Part shown: piece after piece, positions 57,711-64,000 of the stretch
Layout of the letters: every line of letters starts with the position of its first letter
How positions within the stretch are numbered: the stretch's first letter is position 1
Assembly: GCF_009914755.1 (NCBI RefSeq)
Contig: NC_060930.1
Direction: 5' to 3' (one strand)
Origin: the human T2T-CHM13v2.0 reference genome, Homo sapiens
Length of the DNA stretch: 64,000 nt
Notes under the pieces: generated by a model
Told to the model about the DNA's origin: nothing
The model's input: only the letters and a program-made list of their open reading frames with translations
Databases searched by the model: none
Position numbers and translations under genes: made by a program

Positions 57711-57956
57711 CTCATTTTGGCATGAACTGTCAGTGAATCCAGGAGGTTCATAGGTAAGGGGGTAATAGATCCTGAAGCCATACAGTTTGTTCCAGGGAGA
57801 GGTATCCTCATAATTCCATTTCCATAAATAGTTTCTACCAGAGCTCCCATGGGTAATGTAAAACATTCTGAATTTGTAGAGTATGCATTACACAATAGAG
57901 CAATCTTATAGTCATTCATCTGTAAACTTTTATTTCTTAGACTCTGCTGCAGGAAC
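57711..57956 (-). CDS. MED23: MED23 exon (FLQQSLRNK...SLTVHAKM)
   Basis: 246 nt, ttag/gtatgt. Confidence 0.96.
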
Positions 57957-58949
57957 CTAAATATTCACGTTCCATTAAAAAGAAAAAATGAAAATAACTT
58001 CCATAATGTTAATTTGTATTTTTTTAAAAGTTCAATTTTATGCAATTATTTATTAATGCTATCTTTGTTCCTATAGGTATTATAGTTTCTGTGTGAAATG
58101 TACAGTGGGAATACACATAGAAGTTTGAGTAGCATTTCAGAAGAAAAATAATTTTAAATAAACAATTAATGGGTACTGTTAAGTATGCACTACATATATG
58201 ACCACCATATTAGGCTAAGTTTCAGAGAATGAAGAAATAACTCACAAGTCTATGAACCAGGTTTCTATTTATTATCTGTCTGTATAAACACAACAATGTC
58301 TTCATTACAGATACCACTATGAAAAGGTGGTTAAGGGCTGTCTCATAAAATGAAAACCAAATGAAGTATCAAGTCTGACAATCCTGCCATCTCCTGTGAA
58401 GAGAAGTGGCAGTCCTTCTCAGAAGTTCTAGGTGGGAAGTTAGGCTACTCCTAGCACCCTTGACTACAATACAATACTATCTAAGAATGGTATCTTCATT
58501 GAGTCATCACAACTTTGGAAGAGATATTAAGGGGCATGCCAGCCAGATCAGCTCAATCAATCCTGGCAGCCCAGAGATGAATGATATCTCAGTCAGCTTA
58601 TGCTGAAGTTCCAAGCACTTGGGAAATTCTGAAACATTTTTACATTTATAAAAATTGATATGCTTTCATTATATTAATAACTTTAAAGTATAACATATAC
58701 AACTGAAGATCAGCCTTAAAAATTAAAAAAAAAAATCTATACATATAAGCAAGACTAACCTTGTAGCTGTTTCCTGATATAGGTACTGGTCAGATTCTCC
58801 TGCTATGACATATACATCAAGTATTTGCCCTTACCTATAGTGGGTATGCGGAGATTTCCAAATTTCACACAAACACCGAGACCAATATTAGTCTACAATC
58901 CGCTATTAATTAAACAAGAAAATTAAGTATCAAGCAACAAATAACTTAC

Positions 58950-59095
58950 TCATGGTGAAGTCTTAGGGAATGAGGTATTGGAATCTGTAGCTTGGAGTTG
59001 TCATTTTGAGCTTTTCTATTGAGATGAATCCAAATACAGGTCATTGCAAAGGCATGGGTTGACTGGGGTTTGTTAATATCAGGAACTGGGATATA
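58950..59095 (-). CDS. MED23: MED23 exon (YIPVPDINKP...SLRLHH)
   Basis: 146 nt, ttcag/gtaagt. Confidence 0.96.
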
Positions 59096-59629
59096 CTGAA
59101 AAATAACAATTTGAAAAATAACACAATAGAAGAAAGAGAAGAATTAAATAATTATGTGTATTTTAGTAATCAATTTCTAATATAACTCTTTTTAGCATAT
59201 CATGTCTTACTTTAGCCCCGATAATTCAATAATACAAATCAGAAGGTCTAACAGCCATAAAATTTTGAAATTATTACAAGATGCTTTATTTGGTATATGT
59301 TTTTACTTGCTTTAAGTAACACATATTCACAGGTGCTTGGTCAAGCTTTTCCTACTATCGCAGAGCATTCTCAAATAAAAATAAATTTTTAATTTTTACT
59401 TTTAAAAAATTAAAACACATCATCATGAAATCTTACTAAAGTGACAAATGTAACTAAAAACAAGACTTTCTAAAAGTCTCATAATAATTTTTAAGAACAG
59501 ATAAAAATCTAAGAAATACGCAACCTAAATAATTACATTTAAACATATTGACTATTAATGGGTAAAATGATATGGATGTCTGGGATTTGCTTGAAAATTG
59601 TCCAACATTAACAAAAAAAATAAGGAGGA

Positions 59630-59776
59630 AAGATGAAACAAGAGTATTTCTTGATGATGGGTATAACATGGTGGGGTTACAGCTAGTGCATGGTGGGGTT
59701 ACAGCTAGTGCATGGTGGGGTTACAGTAACCCCATCATGTTATACCCATCATCAAGAAATACTCTTGTTTCATCTT
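59630..59776. repeat. 51-bp inverted repeat enclosing a 22-bp tandem repeat
   Basis: Arms 59630-59680 and 59726-59776 with 1 mismatch; CATGGTGGGGTTACAGCTAGTG x2.7. Confidence 0.95.
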
Positions 59777-59786
59777 AAAATTTTCT

Positions 59787-60090
<304 letters not shown>

Positions 60091-60398
60091 TTACTCAAAT
60101 ATCTTATATGATAAAATACCCAGGGGACATACTGAGGCTCAACTGTCAAAGAAAAAATAGCTATTAATAAAGACTGTTATCTGGCCATTCAATGATGTAT
60201 ATAGATTAAAACAGCTTTAGTGATTTGTAAAACTGTAGACCTACCTAGAATGTAGAGAAAGAGCTTGCTACACTTAACATTCAATTGTGATTTAGCATAA
60301 ACTTTAGAAATACACAAAATCACACTAAAATCCTTAAACATAAATTAGACATAATTTACTCATCATGTTGTTATGAATAGTTACTCAGTAAAGCTTAC

Positions 60399-60542
60399 TT
60401 CTTTTTCTGGGTATAGCAAGTCGAAGAGCTTCATCACAGGGAGAAAATCAGCTAGTGCATTTTTCTGAATACTTCCAGAAATGAATTGCAGGAGAACCCA
60501 CATAAGATGATCTCTGCCTTTAATCAGTCCTCGCCCTGCTAA
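60399..60542 (-). CDS. MED23: MED23 exon (LAGRGLIKGRDHLMW...LYPEKE)
   Basis: 144 nt, tatag/gtaagc. Confidence 0.96.
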
Positions 60543-61043
60543 CTATAAAAGATGTTTAAATACACATGTATACACTGCTACTTAAAGAGATGAATACAGG
60601 AAGTTTTTGTTGTTTTTTTGTTTTTGTTTTTAAGGAGAAACCTGGTTCTTGCTCTGAGAAAGTCAGCATCTAACTTTGGCACTTAGTAATTACTTAGTCT
60701 CAATTCAAGACACACCATGCAAAACCTGCTAAATTATTTTAATATTATATATATGCTTATTTCCTGCTCCCCAAAACAACTAATGCATATAAAAATGCAA
60801 TGTTTTAGAACATAGTCATATACAACATGCACAACACCACCTCTTTAAGTTGATCATGTGTGCATGAGAATCAAGTTTAATATGGGATAATTCTTATTTT
60901 AAAAATCTCATCAAAACCTGGGGAATACTCTATCACACCAAAAGGATTTTTTTTTTTTAATTTGAAATTGTCATGGACTGGTTGTCATAAAACATGCTTC
61001 CTCATTTTCTGTACACTTTGTTTCTTGTTTATTTATATGTATC

Positions 61044-61177
61044 TTTTTAGAACAAGGATAGAGATGGGGTCTTGCCATGTTTCCCAGGCTGGTCTCGAAC
61101 TCCTGAACTCAAGCAATCCACCGGCTTCGGCCTCCCAAAGTGCTGGGATTACAGGAGTGAGCCACCCCACCCGGCTG
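61044..61177 (-). mobile_element. Alu left-arm monomer (FLAM-like)
   Basis: GAGATGGGGTCTTGCCATGT...GTGCTGGGATTACAGGAGTGAGCCAC. Confidence 0.8.
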
Positions 61178-61977
61178 GTTTTCTGTACATTATAACAGAA
61201 ACTAATGGTGGTTTCTGGGAGAAGGTGGTTGAAAGGATTTTAACAATATTTATGAAAAATTTTCCCCAAGATAATTCATGCTGTGGAGATGTTATGTAAA
61301 ACAACTTTTATTCCCATTCAATATGTCTAAAATTTTTGACAAAAAATGTCTTTTCCCACAAACTTAAGTCTTCCACTTGTCTCCCTTTTTTGGATTCATC
61401 GTCCTCCCTTCTATTCATTCCCACAGTAGGAACCACTCAGCAAGCCTAGACTCCCGCTACTCTCTGTATTCGCTGTCAGTCACCTAGTCCTATTCCACGT
61501 CAGTGTACCTGATCTCTGGCTCCTCCTTTCTGTCCTGGTTTAGGCCTTCAGCATCTTTCACCTAGTCCACTGTAGTATCTCTCACTAATTTCCTTGCTTC
61601 TGGCTTTGTACCTGTCCATCGCTACACCACCTTCTTTCTCCATGTGGACATTAGCATTTTTCCAACTTGCATATGATGATGCCATTCTCCTCTGCATTGC
61701 CTCCAAAACAAAATCTAAACTCCTTAGAACAGGCACATGGCCATTCAAAGTTCTCCATGTCTGCTCTTGCTTTCCTGCCTTCCTTATCTCATCAACGATT
61801 TCCCCTTTATATTTTTATTTCCAGTTCTCACACATCTCTATCCCTTTCTAAATGATGGTTTTATTGCTAGGAAACACTTTTCTTTTTCTCTCAGCAAGTT
61901 TCTATTTGTCCTTCAAGTGTTAGCTTAAAGATCTCTTTGATACAGCCATCCCTGATATTTCTGATAGAGACTATTCC

Positions 61978-62067
61978 TTTTTTTTTTTTTTTTTTTTTTT
62001 TGACACAGAGTCTCGCTCTGTCGCCGAGGCTGGAGTGCAGTCGTGTGATTTTGGCTCACTGCAACCT
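61978..62067 (-). mobile_element. Short Alu 3' fragment
   Basis: T tail + AGAGTCTCGCTCTGTCGCC...CTGCAACCT. Confidence 0.85.
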
Positions 62068-62142
62068 TAGGGACTATTACCTTTTATTTGTATTGCAGGG
62101 AAATGTGCTTTCATTATAACAACTATTAAGATATAATCATGT

Positions 62143-62233
62143 TGTGTGTGTGTGTATGTATATACATACATATATATATGTACTCTATATATATATACAC
62201 ATACATATATATATATGTATATATATATATATA
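62143..62233. repeat. (TG)n/(TA)n low-complexity microsatellite
   Basis: Direct reading. Confidence 0.9.
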
Positions 62234-62516
62234 AAGTATCCCCTCCTCTAGTGAGGTGCTCCTTGAGGATATTACAGTGCCTTTTCATCTTGTATCTGCT
62301 GGTGCCTGCACTGAGAATACATAGAATGAATGACTGAATCCTGTTTTTACAGTGACAAGAAAGTAAAAAGTTAAGAAACTATAAAAGCACTAAACAGGAC
62401 AGAAATTAGGGCTCAGAACTTCTGTCAGTTCTAAAATCACTAGGGAATGCCCACAGCAGTCTAAAATACAGTAATCAACAGGTGAAGTCACTCCGACCAT
62501 AAGATTTAGTACATAC

Positions 62517-62717
62517 CTTCTGATGAAGAGAAAGCACCATATGTGGAAAACTTGCAAACTGGAAAAGCACAAAGAAAATGAGCTGACTTGAGAGATGCTG
62601 CCACAGGAGTTGGCTTGTTCCCCCATCGTCAAACTTCTCCTCGGTCTCAGATCGCTCCATGGCATAAACAACCAGATCCACCAACTGGTCCTCCAGCACA
62701 GGGCAGCGCTGCTTGTG
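62517..62717 (-). CDS. MED23: MED23 exon (HKQRCPVLEDQLV...SLHQK), first MED23 exon in window
   Basis: 201 nt, tacag/gtatgt; the 19 in-window exons total 3231 nt in one frame. Confidence 0.96.
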
Positions 62718-64000
62718 CTGTAGGGCAGAGATTAAATACAGTATTCCAAAAGCCTCTCGGTTAGTTTCAGAAGTTACCAGTTAATGGGCATTAATTGTAA
62801 CAAGAGGCTGAGAAGCACGGAATGAAGTTGAACTTAAGAAGTCAAGGTTAGATTTAGTCTATTAAAGCTGCATCATGTTATATTATTATACAGGATAAGC
62901 TTCATGAAAAAATGTTTTCAGGTTTCCTACAAAACAGACTTCCCATTAACTTTTGACTTCCACTATGGACATCATTGTTTCAATTTGACAAAGGGCAATG
63001 CATAGTAGAGAATTTTGTTATTTATCCTTTGGAAAAAGATAACATTTTAAAGGGCATATGAAACAGGGATAGCAGTATTAATTTTGCAATCTAAGTCAAA
63101 AGATGAAAACCCTGGATTTACAGGCATCAAACATTGTGACAGAACAAATAAAGCAGTTATGTGAATCTCTTTATTTTAAAGTAACCCCTATAAGTTTACA
63201 CTAACTTTATATACAGAGGTATATCTAAATAGCTACCAGATTATTCAACATCTGTTTTCAATGTGTGGTATTCGTCCTGATACTGAAATGGAAACTTCTT
63301 CCACAAGAGGAAAAAAAATTGATCTCTCTGCTCTTCCTTCTTGGAAGCCAAACATAATGCAGCTTTAATTTTAAATTAGACCACTTTAAAATCTAAAACA
63401 AGAAAAAGAATTGAGTTTAAACACTAAAAATGAGAATGCAACTTCCCTTTCTAGAGGCAAAAAGATCTGTGCTTTTAAAAGTGATTTAAAAAATATATTT
63501 TTACCAAAAGAAATATGTTAAGCCATGTTTAAGCCATTTTCATATTTCCTTTATAAATATGTTATATGACTTAGTAGCAGGCAGTTGGAAGCCCTTCTAG
63601 TGAATACAATTACTAATACAGATCTTTCCCCCTAAACTTTAGATGTGATTATCAGTCTTTTGCCATGAAAAAGGGATATGATTTTTTCAAATTTAGGGAA
63701 AAAAATGCAAAATGGGGACAAATTTGGAAATAAACAAGACATAATGAATAGCATCCCCTCTTTTGCATGCTCTTTGCCAGCTCCAAACTTGTAAGCTCCA
63801 ATATAGCTGTAGTTTCTTAAAGCATGCAAATAAAACAAACATCTATCCAAATGATAAGCATCAATGGTTGTTTCATATTTTTTCCAAAAACACAATGCCA
63901 TGACCACAGTTCAATCACATTACAGGTTTACAAATAGCAATATTAACACCACCAGTTGAGACTACAGTACTTTTCCTCCAAATGTAATTATCATTATGAA

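Noticed and set aside
59667-59726. 22-bp repeats as a CRISPR array
   Set aside because: Head-to-tail copies with no unique spacers

Overview
Human-type (primate) genomic DNA, not prokaryotic. The window holds the complete ARG1 gene (liver arginase-1) on the + strand: 8 coding exons, ATG at 25760, TAA at 36381-36383, 322 aa, TATA at 25674, polyA signal at 36784. Converging on it from the - strand are 19 coding exons of MED23 (Mediator subunit 23; 62717 down to the stop at 40154, 1076 C-terminal aa; the 5' part lies beyond the window). One MED23 intron (45647-46573) is an AT-AC U12-type intron. A probable alternative MED23 last exon in ARG1 intron 1 supplies only a stop codon, which would nest ARG1 exons 2-8 antisense inside a MED23 intron. 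Bases 1-25500 are intergenic and rich in Alu, L1, MLT, MER and CR1 relics. I find no support for a novel protein-coding system. The most unusual unexplained structures are three fold-back inverted duplications with internal short repeats (16130-16300, 25510-25585 in the ARG1 promoter, 59630-59776). There are also several candidate ARG1 cis-elements and latent splice sites. Exon boundaries were read by hand and checked for frame continuity. Repeat subfamily names and TE edges are approximate.
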